Position numbers and translations under genes: made by a program
Shown here: positions 48,603 to 64,000 of the stretch, in pieces
How positions within the stretch are numbered: position 1 is the stretch's first letter
Layout: each line of letters opens with the position of its first letter
Source of the DNA: Treponemataceae bacterium
Lineage (GTDB): Bacteria; Spirochaetota; Spirochaetia; Treponematales; Rectinemataceae
DNA: 64,000 bases
NCBI GenBank assembly: GCA_963678065.2
Contig: CAXXVZ010000005.1
Span: 1,120,001 to 1,184,000, forward strand
Reading direction: 5' to 3'
The notes under the pieces: generated by a model
Seen by the model: only the letters and a program-made list of their open reading frames with translations
Database searches by the model: none
Told to the model about the DNA's origin: nothing

Positions 48603-50465
48603 TCATTTTGCGCGCACCGTGGCCTTGACCTTGGCTTTTCGTTTCTTGAGCATGTCGTTGATGACGATCTGCTGGCCTATGGTGATGACGTTGCTGATGA
48701 TCCAGTAGATGAGCAGGCCGGAAGGCACGTCGTAGAGTATGAAGAAGAACATGATCGGCATACCGTACATCATGAACTTCATCTGGCTCGCGTTCTGGCC
48801 CGTCGTCGGGGTCTGGGTAAACTTGCCGTAGAGGAGCTGACTCGCGACGTAAATGATGGGGAGGGCGCGGAGGTCGTTCCATCCGAGTATGGGCAGTCTG
48901 AAGGCGCCGAAGTTGACCACGCTTTCGGGCATGGAAAGATCATTGATCCACCCCGCGATGAAGCTCGCGCCGCGGAGATCGAAGTGGTTGTTGAAGAGGT
49001 TGTACATCGCGATGAAGAGGGGGAACTGGATGAGCATCGGCAGGCAGCCGGACATCGGGTTGTACTTCTCGCGCTTGTAGAACTCCGCCATCTCCTGGTT
49101 GAGTTTCTGGGGGTTGTTCTTGTACTTGGCCTGGAGTTCGGCCATCTGGGGCTGAAGCTCCTGCATTCGCGCGGAGCCGATCGAGCCCTGTCTGGTGAGC
49201 GGGAACATGAGGGCTTTCACGAGAATGGTCGTCAGTATGATGGCGATTCCGTAGTTCGGGATCAGCTTGTAGAAGACATTCAGGAAGAACTTGAGGATGG
49301 TTTCAAGCCAGCCAAGGATATTCGAGGTCTCCATGGCATCCTCGAGTCTGAGTCCGACGCGACCGAAGGCGTTGCGGTCCGCATAGTCGTATTTGGCGAG
49401 AGTGGACGACGATTTAGGTCCAAAATAGAAGTAATAGGCATCGGTCTGCGCGCTCGCCTTGATGGCAGGGCGGGAGATGGACAGCATATTGGTCTGCTTG
49501 ATTTCCGGATCGGTTCCCTGGAAAAAAGTCGTCCCGAAGGAAGGAAGCTCGGGAATTGTAATGAACGTAAAGTACTTTCCGGAAATCGCCGCCCACGAGG
49601 CCTGTTCCTTGGGGCTCGTGGCTACGCCGGGCTTGGCGGCCTCGAGTTTCTTCTTGCCGCCCGTCTCTATTATAAATTTACGGAAATCGGCGTTCTTGGA
49701 GAGATGATCGAAGCGCGGACCGATCTGGGGGCCTATGCTGACCGTGTAGGCGAACCCGTTCTGGTCCAGGGGGATGTACTCATTCCGGGAGTTCTCGAGC
49801 GTGACAGCCATGCCGAACATGTACTCGTTGTCGCGGAAGGAAAAGGCCTTCCGGTAGGTGAACGGCACTTTTTCAGCTGAGCCGGGTACCGAGGCGTAGA
49901 GGGTTCTGGAGAACTCGATCATCTTTTTTTCGGAGTCGAGCCAGGTGGCCTTCATGAGGTCGCGGGAAGGCGCTGTCCCATAGGGCCCGAACGCGACGGA
50001 TATTCCGTTTGAGCCCGTAGATCCCTTTACGATGAGGTCGACGAAATCGTTGTGGTCCTTGTGCTTTTTCAGCTTGAGAGAAACCAGTTCGCCTCCCGCA
50101 TTGCTCAGCACAGCCTCATAGAGATCCGTCGATACGGTAAATGTGGACTCGGCGAGCGGAACCGGTATCTCCGCGACGGCGGACACCCCGGATGAGGCGT
50201 TCTTTTTGCCATCCTTCGCGGGGGCGACCGGAGCGGCAGCGGCGGGCCCGGCGGAGACCGGGGAGATAGTCTGGGCCGCAACGCCGGGCTGTGTGGCAGT
50301 CGGGCTCGTGGGCGCTGTGGCGGAGGGAGAAACCGCAGAGGCCGGAGCGGGAGGAAAAAACGTGTTCTGGAGCATGAAACCGACCGTCACGATGACGACG
50401 GAAAGGACGACAGCGACGATTGTGCGCTTGTTGTCTTCTTTGGATCCTGAATCAAATATACTCAT
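48603..50465 (-). CDS. yidC: Membrane insertase YidC
   Basis: [23 protein letters not shown]. Confidence 0.95.
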   Translation of the reverse strand: MSIFDSGSKEDNKRTIVAVVLSVVIVTVGFMLQNTFFPPAPASAVSPSATAPTSPTATQPGVAAQTISPVSAGPAAAAPVAPAKDGKKNASSGVSAVAEIPVPLAESTFTVSTDLYEAVLSNAGGELVSLKLKKHKDHNDFVDLIVKGSTGSNGISVAFGPYGTAPSRDLMKATWLDSEKKMIEFSRTLYASVPGSAEKVPFTYRKAFSFRDNEYMFGMAVTLENSRNEYIPLDQNGFAYTVSIGPQIGPRFDHLSKNADFRKFIIETGGKKKLEAAKPGVATSPKEQASWAAISGKYFTFITIPELPSFGTTFFQGTDPEIKQTNMLSISRPAIKASAQTDAYYFYFGPKSSSTLAKYDYADRNAFGRVGLRLEDAMETSNILGWLETILKFFLNVFYKLIPNYGIAIILTTILVKALMFPLTRQGSIGSARMQELQPQMAELQAKYKNNPQKLNQEMAEFYKREKYNPMSGCLPMLIQFPLFIAMYNLFNNHFDLRGASFIAGWINDLSMPESVVNFGAFRLPILGWNDLRALPIIYVASQLLYGKFTQTPTTGQNASQMKFMMYGMPIMFFFILYDVPSGLLIYWIISNVITIGQQIVINDMLKKRKAKVKATVRAK

Positions 50466-50683
50466 GGTACTGGGTCAAAGCCTCCCGGACTGTATGGATG
50501 ACATCGTAGTATGCGCCTTACGGAAAGCCAGCCCCCCTTCAAGGGACCATATTTGGAGATGGCCTCGTAAGCATATGCGGAACATGTGGGATGGAAACGG
50601 CAGGATGGCGGAAAGAAGGGAGATATACAGAGTCTGTATATCTTTATGAGGAAGAGAAATGGCAGAGAAAGCAGCCGCTTCAT
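50462..50683 (-). CDS. yidD: Membrane insertion efficiency factor YidD
   Basis: CRFHPTCS...RILRCHP. Confidence 0.95.
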   Translation of the reverse strand: MKRLLSLPFLFLIKIYRLCISPFFPPSCRFHPTCSAYAYEAISKYGPLKGGWLSVRRILRCHPYSPGGFDPVP

Positions 50684-51039
50684 GCTGGTTTTTCGAGAAG
50701 CCCGGCCTGACGGAGAAGACGACGAAGCTGAGCGTTCCGTTCCTCGAAGGTGTCGGTGCCCGGATACAGGACAACTGCGACATCGAAGCCGGATTTCAGA
50801 TTTGTCTTGCCAAGACGCCAGGCTTCCCGCACAAGGCGGCGGGCCAGGTTCCGCGAGACGGCTGAGGGGAAGGACCGTACGGGAACGAATACAGCCCGGC
50901 TTACCTCCAGGGCATTCGGCATCACATGCAGCCGCATGCCCTTGCAGGAATACCGGGCTCCCGCTCCGAAAACACGATCTATCTCCGTCCGCTTGCGGAC
51001 TCGCTCGGCTTTGGAAAATCCCGCATTTGGGATATTCAT
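50680..51039 (-). CDS. rnpA: RNase P protein
   Basis: [13 protein letters not shown]; synteny. Confidence 0.9.
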   Translation of the reverse strand: MNIPNAGFSKAERVRKRTEIDRVFGAGARYSCKGMRLHVMPNALEVSRAVFVPVRSFPSAVSRNLARRLVREAWRLGKTNLKSGFDVAVVLYPGTDTFEERNAQLRRLLRQAGLLEKPA

Positions 51040-51062
51040 CTCTCCCCGGACGGGGGCTTTCC

Positions 51063-51218
51063 TCAGTACGGCTTCTTCTCGTCGGAGGTGGTCAGCTTGA
51101 GCCGACCCTTGGCGCGGCGCCTCTTGAGGACAAGCCGGCCGCCCTTGGTCTTCATTCGGGCGCGGAAACCGAACTTGCGCGTCCTTTTTGTCTTGCTGGG
51201 CTGGTAGGTGCGCTTCAT
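51063..51218 (-). CDS. rpmH: 50S ribosomal protein L34
   Basis: MKRTYQPS...GFRARM. Confidence 0.97.
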   Translation of the reverse strand: MKRTYQPSKTKRTRKFGFRARMKTKGGRLVLKRRRAKGRLKLTTSDEKKPY

Positions 51219-51338
51219 GGCAATGGACTCCTTGATATGGCTAACGGCGCACACAAGCGCCGAAGGTTTCGATACGTAGGCGGGGGATTATAAATTTTCG
51301 GAGCCTCTTCGTCAATGCGTTGGAAAGTCGGGCCAGAT

Positions 51339-51878
51339 TCAGCCGCCTGATCCGGAATCGACAAGCTTTTTCAGTCCGGAAAACATGGATTTGACTTCTG
51401 GATCGACAGAGGGTTCGGCAAAAAGATTCTGTCCGTCTCCTCCGGAATCATCTTTGCTCCCATCGTCCGCCGCTTGGACGTTTATTCTTTGAACACTCTC
51501 CCCGCCTCCGGTCTTCGAAGGTGAACCCGTGACATCTTCGTGGACACTGTCCGCGGTCTTGAAGGCAGCCTGTTTTCCGTCCCTGGCGAGGCGGAAGACG
51601 ATAGACCTGAGCTTCAACTCGGGGTAAGAGCGCTTGACAGCCTCAAGGATGCCGGCCTGCCTGAACTGCAGCAGCTGAATCCAGCCCGGGTGTTCGACTT
51701 CGACGTAGAGAATACCCTTTACGACGTCGTCGGGTCGGGAGTGAGCTGCATAGCGCTCGCCGGCTATGTTCCGCCACGATGCGTAGAGTTCGGCGAACCG
51801 TCCCCCTTCGGCAAACCTCTCCTTGTCAAAAAAGGCGGAGAGAAGAGTCGATGCGTCCTTATACGGAGAGCTGGCCAT
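51339..51878 (-). CDS. dciA: DciA/DUF721-family protein
   Basis: W..IAG...AHSRP...L.VEVEHPGW.Q.L; follows recF. Confidence 0.82.
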   Translation of the reverse strand: MASSPYKDASTLLSAFFDKERFAEGGRFAELYASWRNIAGERYAAHSRPDDVVKGILYVEVEHPGWIQLLQFRQAGILEAVKRSYPELKLRSIVFRLARDGKQAAFKTADSVHEDVTGSPSKTGGGESVQRINVQAADDGSKDDSGGDGQNLFAEPSVDPEVKSMFSGLKKLVDSGSGG

Positions 51879-52938
51879 GTTCCACCTTGTACACGAGAGT
51901 ATCGGATCCGCCGTAGTCGCGCCAGGGCTCGCCCGGCAGGAAGGTGAAGAAGGCCTGGGCAGAGGGTGGCAGAAGGGCGAAAAAGCGCCGTCGCTTGGCC
52001 GGATCGAGCTCGAGCATGACGTCGTCCAGAAGAAGGATGGGAAGTCTGCCGGTCATGCGGGTGTAATACTCGGCCTGGACTATGCGCAGGGTCAGGGACA
52101 GAAGACGCAGCTGTCCCGTCGAGGCTGTCGAGGCGTAGTCACTCTCCCGATCGCGGAAGGACCATCTGTCCCGGTGAGGGCCTGATAGACTCGTCTTCAT
52201 GGCAAGCTCCTCGCGCCGCTTTCCCGCAAGCCTCTCAACGATCGCCTCGACGTCCATATCCTCAGACCAACTGGGACGGTATTGCAGCCCCACGGGCGAA
52301 CCGCGCAGGGAAACCGACTCGTATCGCGAGGAAAAACCCTCTGACAGGTCGAGCGCAAGGCGCTGCCGGGATTCCCGGAGAAGTATCCCTCGGGCCGCAA
52401 GCTGAAAATCCAGAGCATCCAGGATGTCTGCCCTGCCCTCCTTGAGCGCCGAATTTCTCTGTTTCAGTATGCGTTTGTAGTCGCGAAGAGTGTCAATGTA
52501 GTCGGCAGAAACCAGTCCGGCTGTCTGATCGAAGAAAAATCTTCGTCTTTCCGGTTCTCCCGCGGCAAAGGAAAAATCCTCGTGGCAGAACACGACGGAG
52601 GGGCTGCGCTCGACGAGAGCCTTCCTGTCCCTTACCGGTTTTCCGTTTACCCTTATTTCCTTCGTTTTTCCGTTCCAGACTACACGGGTTTCATCAGAAA
52701 ACGCGTCTCCGCCGCCGGACATCGAAGACAGGGCAAAGCCTTCTTCCCCTGAGCGCGCTGCCTCCGAATCCGATGTTCCGCGGAACGAAGAGCCATAGGA
52801 GAGGTAATAAAGGGCTTCGAGAAAATTGGTTTTCCCCTGGCCGTTCTCTCCTATCAAAAAAACACGCCCGCACTCCGTTCTGATCTCGCCGTCGGCGAGA
52901 TTCCTGAAGGAATGCAGGCGCACTGATGCAAAGGACAT
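51859..52938 (-). CDS. recF: RecF
   Basis: GENGQGKTN, GPHRD, STGQ, LLLDD. Confidence 0.95.
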   Translation of the reverse strand: MSFASVRLHSFRNLADGEIRTECGRVFLIGENGQGKTNFLEALYYLSYGSSFRGTSDSEAARSGEEGFALSSMSGGGDAFSDETRVVWNGKTKEIRVNGKPVRDRKALVERSPSVVFCHEDFSFAAGEPERRRFFFDQTAGLVSADYIDTLRDYKRILKQRNSALKEGRADILDALDFQLAARGILLRESRQRLALDLSEGFSSRYESVSLRGSPVGLQYRPSWSEDMDVEAIVERLAGKRREELAMKTSLSGPHRDRWSFRDRESDYASTASTGQLRLLSLTLRIVQAEYYTRMTGRLPILLLDDVMLELDPAKRRRFFALLPPSAQAFFTFLPGEPWRDYGGSDTLVYKVEHGQLSV

Positions 52939-52947
52939 TTCCAGGTT

Positions 52948-54051
52948 CTAGTCCAGCTGCATCGGCATGACGATGTGGAAGTAATCGGCAGGCGGTTCGG
53001 GACTCAGCGTGATGGCGCGGGTCGGCTCGGTGAACTCGATGGCAATGTCCTCCGAACGCATGACTTTCAGCGGATCTTCGAGATATTTGTAGTTCAGGGC
53101 GATGGTTACGTCTTCCCCATCGTAACGGCATGGAACTTCCTCGCGGGCGGTACCTATCTCGCTCTCCTCAGTGGAAAGGACGAGGGTTCCGCCAGACAGA
53201 CTGAAGAAGGTCCTGCGGGACTTCTGCTCGACAAGGATAGACACGCGTTTCAGAGCTTCGACGAGCTCGTTCCGCCTGATGACGACCTTGATCTTCTGCT
53301 GCGCGGGAATGACCTTCTGGTAGTTGGGAAACTGTCCCTCGATGAGAACCGAGGATATCTTGTACGTTCCGAACTTGAAGAAGATGCTCTTGTCCGTGAC
53401 GGCTATCTCGATAATGCCTTCGTCGGAAGCTCTTTTGTTGACGAGAGAAAGAACCTTGGGAGGTATGATTATCCCCTTGAAATCAGGGATGAGGGCGTCG
53501 ATCATCTTTTTTGCGAAACCGAGGCGCCGTCCATCCGTAGCCACCATGACAAGGCCGCCCGCCACCTTTTCCATGAACACACCGTTCATGAAATAGCGCG
53601 TCTCATCGTCGGACACGGCAAACCAGGTCTGGGAAATCATTTCCTTGAAATCTTTTACTGGGATGCTGAAAAAGGCGTTTTCGGGAGCTTCGGGCAGTTC
53701 CGGGAACTTCTCGCTCGATATCGTCTTGAGCTGGAAGCGTATCTTCCTGGATGAGGGTCTCACGGTGACTTTGGATTCGTCGTGTTCGATGGAGATGTCG
53801 CCTTCGGGGATCGAGGAAAGAATTCCGGAGAGCTTGTCGCAGAATACCGTGGCGGAACCTGGCTCGACGGTATCCACGGGAATATGAGTTTCAAAGCTGA
53901 CCTTTATATCTGTCGCCTTTATGCACAGCGATGAGCCGGTAGCCTCTAGATAGACATTGGACATTATGGAAAGGGCATTCCTCGAGGCTATGATTTCCTG
54001 CGCGAAGGAAATCTCACGTGCAAAGGAATTTTTGTCACAGGTGAATTTCAT
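52948..54051 (-). CDS. dnaN: DNA polymerase III beta clamp
   Basis: ATDGRRL, IEGQFPNY, VMPM. Confidence 0.97.
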   Translation of the reverse strand: MKFTCDKNSFAREISFAQEIIASRNALSIMSNVYLEATGSSLCIKATDIKVSFETHIPVDTVEPGSATVFCDKLSGILSSIPEGDISIEHDESKVTVRPSSRKIRFQLKTISSEKFPELPEAPENAFFSIPVKDFKEMISQTWFAVSDDETRYFMNGVFMEKVAGGLVMVATDGRRLGFAKKMIDALIPDFKGIIIPPKVLSLVNKRASDEGIIEIAVTDKSIFFKFGTYKISSVLIEGQFPNYQKVIPAQQKIKVVIRRNELVEALKRVSILVEQKSRRTFFSLSGGTLVLSTEESEIGTAREEVPCRYDGEDVTIALNYKYLEDPLKVMRSEDIAIEFTEPTRAITLSPEPPADYFHIVMPMQLD

Positions 54052-54099
54052 CACGACCTCCCGACAGGTGATATTCTAGCAGAAAACAGACTCTCTTGA

Positions 54100-54296
54100 T
54101 ACTCATTTATTTGTAATATAAGACAGTAATAATAGGAATAAGGGCTGTTCATATGTTGATAACCCACATAAATAGCTGCTTTAGAATGAATTACCCCTTG
54201 TGGAAAACTTGTGTCAGCCTGTGCGAGCTTATGCACATGCGACACTGTTCTGGATCGATGAAGATGATATGCACAGAATGAATCCTCTATGTCCAC
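54100..54296. promoter_or_regulatory. oriC unwinding region between dnaA and dnaN
   Basis: AT-rich tract, trio-like TAA TAA TAG GAA TAA, GGGC, tandem DnaA-box-like TGTTCATAT/TGTTGATAA; further boxes at 54199, 54229, 54288. Confidence 0.8.
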
Positions 54297-54299
54297 AGG

Positions 54300-55850
54300 C
54301 TATTTGTAACTCAGATCCTTGATGGAGCGAATAAGGGATTGGATCGATGAATCCATGTTCGGGTCGAGCTTGAGGCGCTCCTCTATTTTCTGGCAGCCAT
54401 GCATGACGGTCGTGTGGTCGCGCCCGCCGAATTCGAGCCCTATCTCGGTGGTGGAGTACTCGGTCATCTCCCGCGTGATGTACATGGCGAGCTGTCGGGG
54501 GAGGACAATATTTTTCGTGCGTTTTTTTCCTTTGATGTCGGCGTAGGAGAGTTTGAAGTAATCGGCGACCACACGGATGATGGAGTCGATCGTGACATTT
54601 CCCTGCTTTGACTGGGAGAATACATCCTTGAGCTGGTTCTGAGCTATTTCGAGGGTGATGTTTTTGTGGACGAGGTCGGCGTAGGCGACGAGTTTGGTCA
54701 ATGCCGCTTCAAGGTCGCGGACATTGGTGGATATGTTTTTAGCTATGACCTCGATGACCTCATCGGGGACAGTGGTCGAGAAAGAGGCGACTTTTTTCTT
54801 GAGGATGGCGCAGCGGGTTTCGAAGTCCGGCGGCTGGAGGTCGACGTTGAGTCCTCGCTCGAAGCGGGAGCGCAAGCGATCCGAGAGGTTTTTTAACTCC
54901 GATACCGGACGGTCGCAGGTGAAGACCATCTGCTTGTTGCCATCGTACAAGGCGTTGAATGTGTGGAAGAGCTCTTCCTGGACTCCTGGCTTGTTCTGGA
55001 GAAAGTGAATGTCATCGACGAGGAGGACGTCGACATAACGGTACTTGTTCTTGAAGGAGTGCGTCGACTTGTCGTGGATGGTCTGGATGAATTCGTTGGT
55101 GAACTCTTCGGCCGTGATACAGATGATCCTGGCCTTGGAATTGCTCGACCAGACACGGTTGCCGATCGACTGCATGAGATGCGTTTTTCCGAGCCCTACC
55201 CCTCCGTAGATGAGAAATGGATTGTAGGAAGTTCCGGGGTTGGCTGCGATGGCCAGGGCTGCGTTGGCAGCGAAGCTGTTGTTGTCGCCGACGACGAAGT
55301 TTTCGAAAACGTAATCCTGCCTGAGCTGGTGGTGGCGGTCGCGCTGTGGGGCCGCCGGGACCGAATTCCGGGAAGGAGCGTATTTTCCACTCGGTTCCTG
55401 CGGATTCGACTCCCTCTCCTCTCTTGCCTGACTGCTCTCGGAAAGGCGGCGAAGGATCTGGATGGGATCGGGCTCGCGTCCTGCTGCCGGAGCGGGTCCG
55501 GGAGCAGGGTTTTCCGCTCCGGGCTGGGCTTCCCCGGCAGATAACCGTTCTGCGGGGGCCGCAGCCGTGCTCGCTGTCCGGGTCTGGGAAGAAGAGGGGT
55601 TTTCAGGTTTGACAATTTCGTACTCGAGTTTTATTTCCTGTCCCGACAACTCGAAGAGCTTGTCCTCCATGAATAGCTGGTATTTTTTGGAGAACTGGTC
55701 GCGGTAAAACTTGGACGGAACCTTTATCGTAATGGAGGAATCCGTGGAACATGAGTACTTTATATTGAACCAGAGTCCGAATTCGTGTTCACCGAGTTCG
55801 GCCTGAGCCTGATTCATCGCTTCGTCCCAAAAAAGGCTGTAGTCCCACAT
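54300..55850 (-). CDS. dnaA: Replication initiator DnaA
   Basis: YNPFLIYGGVGLGKTHL, RLRSRF, GGRDHTTV. Confidence 0.98.
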   Translation of the reverse strand: MWDYSLFWDEAMNQAQAELGEHEFGLWFNIKYSCSTDSSITIKVPSKFYRDQFSKKYQLFMEDKLFELSGQEIKLEYEIVKPENPSSSQTRTASTAAAPAERLSAGEAQPGAENPAPGPAPAAGREPDPIQILRRLSESSQAREERESNPQEPSGKYAPSRNSVPAAPQRDRHHQLRQDYVFENFVVGDNNSFAANAALAIAANPGTSYNPFLIYGGVGLGKTHLMQSIGNRVWSSNSKARIICITAEEFTNEFIQTIHDKSTHSFKNKYRYVDVLLVDDIHFLQNKPGVQEELFHTFNALYDGNKQMVFTCDRPVSELKNLSDRLRSRFERGLNVDLQPPDFETRCAILKKKVASFSTTVPDEVIEVIAKNISTNVRDLEAALTKLVAYADLVHKNITLEIAQNQLKDVFSQSKQGNVTIDSIIRVVADYFKLSYADIKGKKRTKNIVLPRQLAMYITREMTEYSTTEIGLEFGGRDHTTVMHGCQKIEERLKLDPNMDSSIQSLIRSIKDLSYK

Positions 55851-55879
55851 ATTCAGGTAAATCTCCTTGCGATACAGGC

Positions 55880-58160
<2,281 letters not shown>

Positions 58161-58173
58161 GGATTAAGCGACC

Positions 58174-60795
<2,622 letters not shown>

Positions 60796-60851
60796 GTCTA
60801 TTGACGATTTGCAGGCGAGTTCATGCCTTGAGCTCGCCGTGGGTCATTCGT

Positions 60852-60867
60852 TGTTTCACGTGAAACA
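60852..60867. promoter_or_regulatory. parS site
   Basis: Perfect palindrome TGTTTCACGTGAAACA. Confidence 0.92.
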
Positions 60868-60986
60868 AAAAGGGGCTGCCGGAGTTGGCAGTCCGTTTTA
60901 TTTAAATGCGAGCGACCTTGTTCGTTGCTTGGGACCCTTAGGGACCGATGGGTTGGCTTTAGCAGAAACGGATGTTTCAGAGTGGA

Positions 60987-61002
60987 TGTTTCACGTGAAA
61001 CA
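60987..61002. promoter_or_regulatory. parS site
   Basis: Perfect palindrome TGTTTCACGTGAAACA. Confidence 0.92.
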
Positions 61003-61133
61003 AATCTTTGTCACAGCCGGATGAACTGTGCCCTTCCCTCTCTGGGTATGTGTGTTCGAACCATCGTGTCCTGAGATCCGCATGAGACCTCACCCTCACC
61101 CTGCGGGCCGACGCAAAGTGTTGTTTATTGGAT

Positions 61134-62219
61134 TCAGTAGCTTCGATGGGTTGCGTACCCAGCCAATTCCGTGAGCAGAGAGTAAGACTCGGGGTTGAGG
61201 CTTGAATTGCCTGCGAGCGACTCGATGAGATGATCGGCCTCGCCGCAGAGAAGTTCTGTCCTCTTGTTCATTTCTTCTTTTATTCCCAAATCGATTATTC
61301 TCGAGCGCACGTACTCGATGTCCGTGGACGTGCAGAGCTGGTTGCCGAAGATCGCGGAGAGTGTCTGCCGCTCTGCAGGGTCCGATTTTTGCATGAGCTC
61401 AATGTAGTAGAGGGTTTTTTTCCCCTCGCGGATATCGGAGCCCACGGGCTTTCCTAACTCGCACTCGGTGGCAAACAGTCCGAGCTCGTCGTCCCGGATC
61501 TGGAATACTATGCCGATTCGCTCGCCTATTGCCTCGAGGATGCCGATTGACTCTGGGCGTGAGGCCAATATGGCTCCGGCGGCAAGGGGCATGGAAAAAG
61601 TGTAGCGCGCAGTCTTGTGACGATACATCCGTATAATATCTTCCGTGCTTGGAAACTGTGGTGTGAGCCCCCACTCGACGTCCTTCATCTGAGCGAGTCC
61701 GACCATGGCGAGCTCTCTGGAGCAGTAGGCTCCGAGAGAGGATGGGGCGCCGAATCGAGCGGATGAGGCTGTTGTCGCCCTGGAGAGGGCTTCGTGACCG
61801 AGGAAGAAGCAGATGTCGCCGGCGCAGACGCCGAGAGCTTCCCCTGCCCGCCCTGATTCCCGGGAACCGAGCGCCGCGCATTCTTCCATATACTGCATGT
61901 GGATAGTGGGCATGCCTCGTCGCGTCGTGTCTCGATCCATGATGTCGTCGTGGATGAGGAGGCCCGATTGAAACAGCTCCATCGCGCAGGCCGCATCAAC
62001 GATTTCCGGTGCCGCGCAGGAGGAAAAGAGGCTGTGTCCCAGGAAGACGAGTGCGCCGCGTATCATTTTGCCCGAGACGGAGAATTCCAGAATGCGCTCC
62101 ATGACGGAATGGGCAGAAGACGCGGCCGGTTCCAGGCTGGCTGTGTATTCGGCGGCGAGTCCGGCAAGGTGTTCGCCGATGTCTGAACGTTTTTGGGTCA
62201 GATAGGTCTTTATGTCCAT
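61134..62219 (-). CDS. Polyprenyl diphosphate synthase
   Basis: GKMIRG, LIHDDIMD...RRG, FQIRDD, DIREGK. Confidence 0.92.
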   Translation of the reverse strand: MDIKTYLTQKRSDIGEHLAGLAAEYTASLEPAASSAHSVMERILEFSVSGKMIRGALVFLGHSLFSSCAAPEIVDAACAMELFQSGLLIHDDIMDRDTTRRGMPTIHMQYMEECAALGSRESGRAGEALGVCAGDICFFLGHEALSRATTASSARFGAPSSLGAYCSRELAMVGLAQMKDVEWGLTPQFPSTEDIIRMYRHKTARYTFSMPLAAGAILASRPESIGILEAIGERIGIVFQIRDDELGLFATECELGKPVGSDIREGKKTLYYIELMQKSDPAERQTLSAIFGNQLCTSTDIEYVRSRIIDLGIKEEMNKRTELLCGEADHLIESLAGNSSLNPESYSLLTELAGYATHRSY

Positions 62220-62366
62220 GCGGGCAGGATATACCGTAATGAGGTGGCCGGCAAAGCCATTCTCCATCAAGCCGCCGTTTGCATCGTGAATTGGTGGAAT
62301 GTTCAAAATCTTCCAGTATATTAGCTTATCGGAGAGAATTTTTTGAGGTTACAAGGAGAAGGACAG

Positions 62367-62840
62367 ATGCAAAAAATCACACCATTCCTGTGGTTCGATG
62401 GCAATGCGGAGGAGGCGATGAATTTTTATACCTCCATTTTTAGGAACTCAAAGATCGGAAGCATCTCGCGCTACGGAGAAGGTGGCCCTGGACCGAAGGG
62501 AACGGTAATGTCCGCGACATTCCAGCTCGATGGTCAGGAATTCATGGCGCTGAATGGTGGTCCGGTATTCACCTTCTCGCCAGCCATATCGTTCTTTGTG
62601 AACTGTGAGACGCAGGAAGAAGTAGATGTGCTGTGGGAGAAACTCTCCGAGGGCGGAGAAAAACAAAGATGTGGCTGGCTCAAAGACAAATATGGTGTGT
62701 CCTGGCAGATCATACCCTCCGCTTTAGGCGAGCTGCTGAACGACAAGGATGCCGGGAAGTCGGAAAAAGTGATGACAGCCATGCTTCAGATGGACAAAAT
62801 CGACATTGAAAAATTGAAGCAGGCGGCATATGGGCATTAA
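62367..62840 (+). CDS. VOC/PhnB-like (3-dmu-9_3-mt) protein
   Basis: MQKITPFLWFD, CGWLKDKYGVSWQI. Confidence 0.92.
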   Translation: MQKITPFLWFDGNAEEAMNFYTSIFRNSKIGSISRYGEGGPGPKGTVMSATFQLDGQEFMALNGGPVFTFSPAISFFVNCETQEEVDVLWEKLSEGGEKQRCGWLKDKYGVSWQIIPSALGELLNDKDAGKSEKVMTAMLQMDKIDIEKLKQAAYGH

Positions 62841-62926
62841 TATAAAGTTATAGTTTTGATGTGGAAGCAGGCTTCCTGCCTCGCAGCACGCTGTGGGTTG
62901 TTGATCGGACCTCGAGGCGCAGAGAG

Positions 62927-64000
62927 TCAATGCTGGAGTTTCAGGCTGCGGTAGTCGAATCGTTTTCCTTCCCGGACTATGGCGGAAACGAAGGAAGCGA
63001 GCTTGGCGTTTCCGATGATGTCGCCGAAGTTGCCCGAGTCGATTGCCGCCACCAGTGTTTCGTCCACCCACTCGACAGGCAGGTTTTTGTGGCGCCGGTA
63101 TCGCGTCTTGATATCCGCGAGCCAGGCCTCGTAGAGCCGCATGGCTTTAGAAAGAGGCCTCGTATCGACAGGTGAAGGACGAGCGGAATAGAGCATGAGC
63201 ATGTCGGCGAAGAGAATGTGGATGCCGTCGCAGAGACTGGTCATGGGCGCCCAGGCAGAGTGGGGAAGAAGCCAGGGAAGAGCCTGATTCTCCAGCATGG
63301 CTGCCGCTTTCTCCTCGAGGGCGCGGGAAAACTCCCGGCGGGGAGCCCCTGATGGGCGGTTTTCCCGATACATCTCCTCATAGAGCGGGCAGAGATCGGG
63401 GTAGTGTTCCGCTATGGCGGAGAGATAGAGATCCTTCTGGCGACCCGGTCGCAGCGTGAGGCCACCCGGCATGAGGGCGTCGGCGCCCGCCTCGCGAGCG
63501 GCGGAGAAGAGACGGGCCATTGATTCCTCGAGGTCCGAGATGCCCGGCAGAAGGGGCATGGCGAGGATGACAACCTTGCAGCCGGCCTGGCTGAAGGCCT
63601 TGGCCATGGCCATGCGCTCGGAGGGCGGCGGTGCTCCCGGCTCGAAGCGGGCCGCGATTGCAGCGTCCATCGTCGTGATAGTCGTCATGAGGATGAAGCC
63701 AGAATTCTTGTTAATTTGTTTCCAGATATCGAGATCACGCAATGCAAGGGTGGATTTGGTGAGGACGGCCGCCGCGAGGATGGGGTTCTGGGCCACGAGT
63801 TCGGCCGAACGGCGCGTGATCCCGAGGGATTCTTCGCAGGGCTGGTAAGGGTCGGTGGTCCCCGAGCCGAAGGAGACGATGCCTTTCTCCCGCGCGCGGG
63901 GGACCTCGGTCTCGAGAAGGGACAGAAGGTTGGAACGGTAGAGGATATCGCGCGCGAAGTCGCCCTCTACAAAGTACTTTTCGGCGCGGCCGTCGCAGTA
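62927..64000 (-). CDS. Radical SAM protein (SplB/Rv2578c-like), 5' end outside window
   Basis: Frame open to window edge: YCDGR..., TDPYQPCE, LTKS, EPGAPPPSER. Confidence 0.85.
   Translation of the reverse strand, partial: YCDGRAEKYFVEGDFARDILYRSNLLSLLETEVPRAREKGIVSFGSGTTDPYQPCEESLGITRRSAELVAQNPILAAAVLTKSTLALRDLDIWKQINKNSGFILMTTITTMDAAIAARFEPGAPPPSERMAMAKAFSQAGCKVVILAMPLLPGISDLEESMARLFSAAREAGADALMPGGLTLRPGRQKDLYLSAIAEHYPDLCPLYEEMYRENRPSGAPRREFSRALEEKAAAMLENQALPWLLPHSAWAPMTSLCDGIHILFADMLMLYSARPSPVDTRPLSKAMRLYEAWLADIKTRYRRHKNLPVEWVDETLVAAIDSGNFGDIIGNAKLASFVSAIVREGKRFDYRSLKLQH

Overview
Origin-proximal window of a spirochaete chromosome (Treponema/Rectinema-like gene order). The right part (40.4-64 kb) is core genome: tRNA-Ile2, a DinB-family gene, rnfCDGEAB, corA, jag-yidC-yidD-rnpA-rpmH, dciA-recF-dnaN-dnaA, oriC, gyrBA and two parS sites. 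The left 40 kb is an interbacterial-toxin island lying 3' of the tRNA. It holds two inverted, Sec-signal-bearing Rhs toxin genes flanking a type II secretion cluster. Downstream of rhs1 lie two tandem ~6.3-6.5 kb integrative units, each with an XRE repressor, a small protein, an AAA+ ATPase, a catalytically degenerate tyrosine recombinase and an intact one. The unit ends fall exactly in the NP-x4-DPxG codons of the rhs core, and each unit carries a different toxin tip plus immunity gene. Four tips are present (AHH nuclease, TNT NADase, NlpC/P60, GIY-YIG). Three of the four immunity genes end in integron attC-like hairpins, and all four are followed by a conserved structured non-coding region, yet no IntI is in the window. 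Best reading (inference): a site-specific, integron-like Rhs warhead-swapping system coupled to a dedicated T2SS. Family calls come from motif recognition, not database searches.
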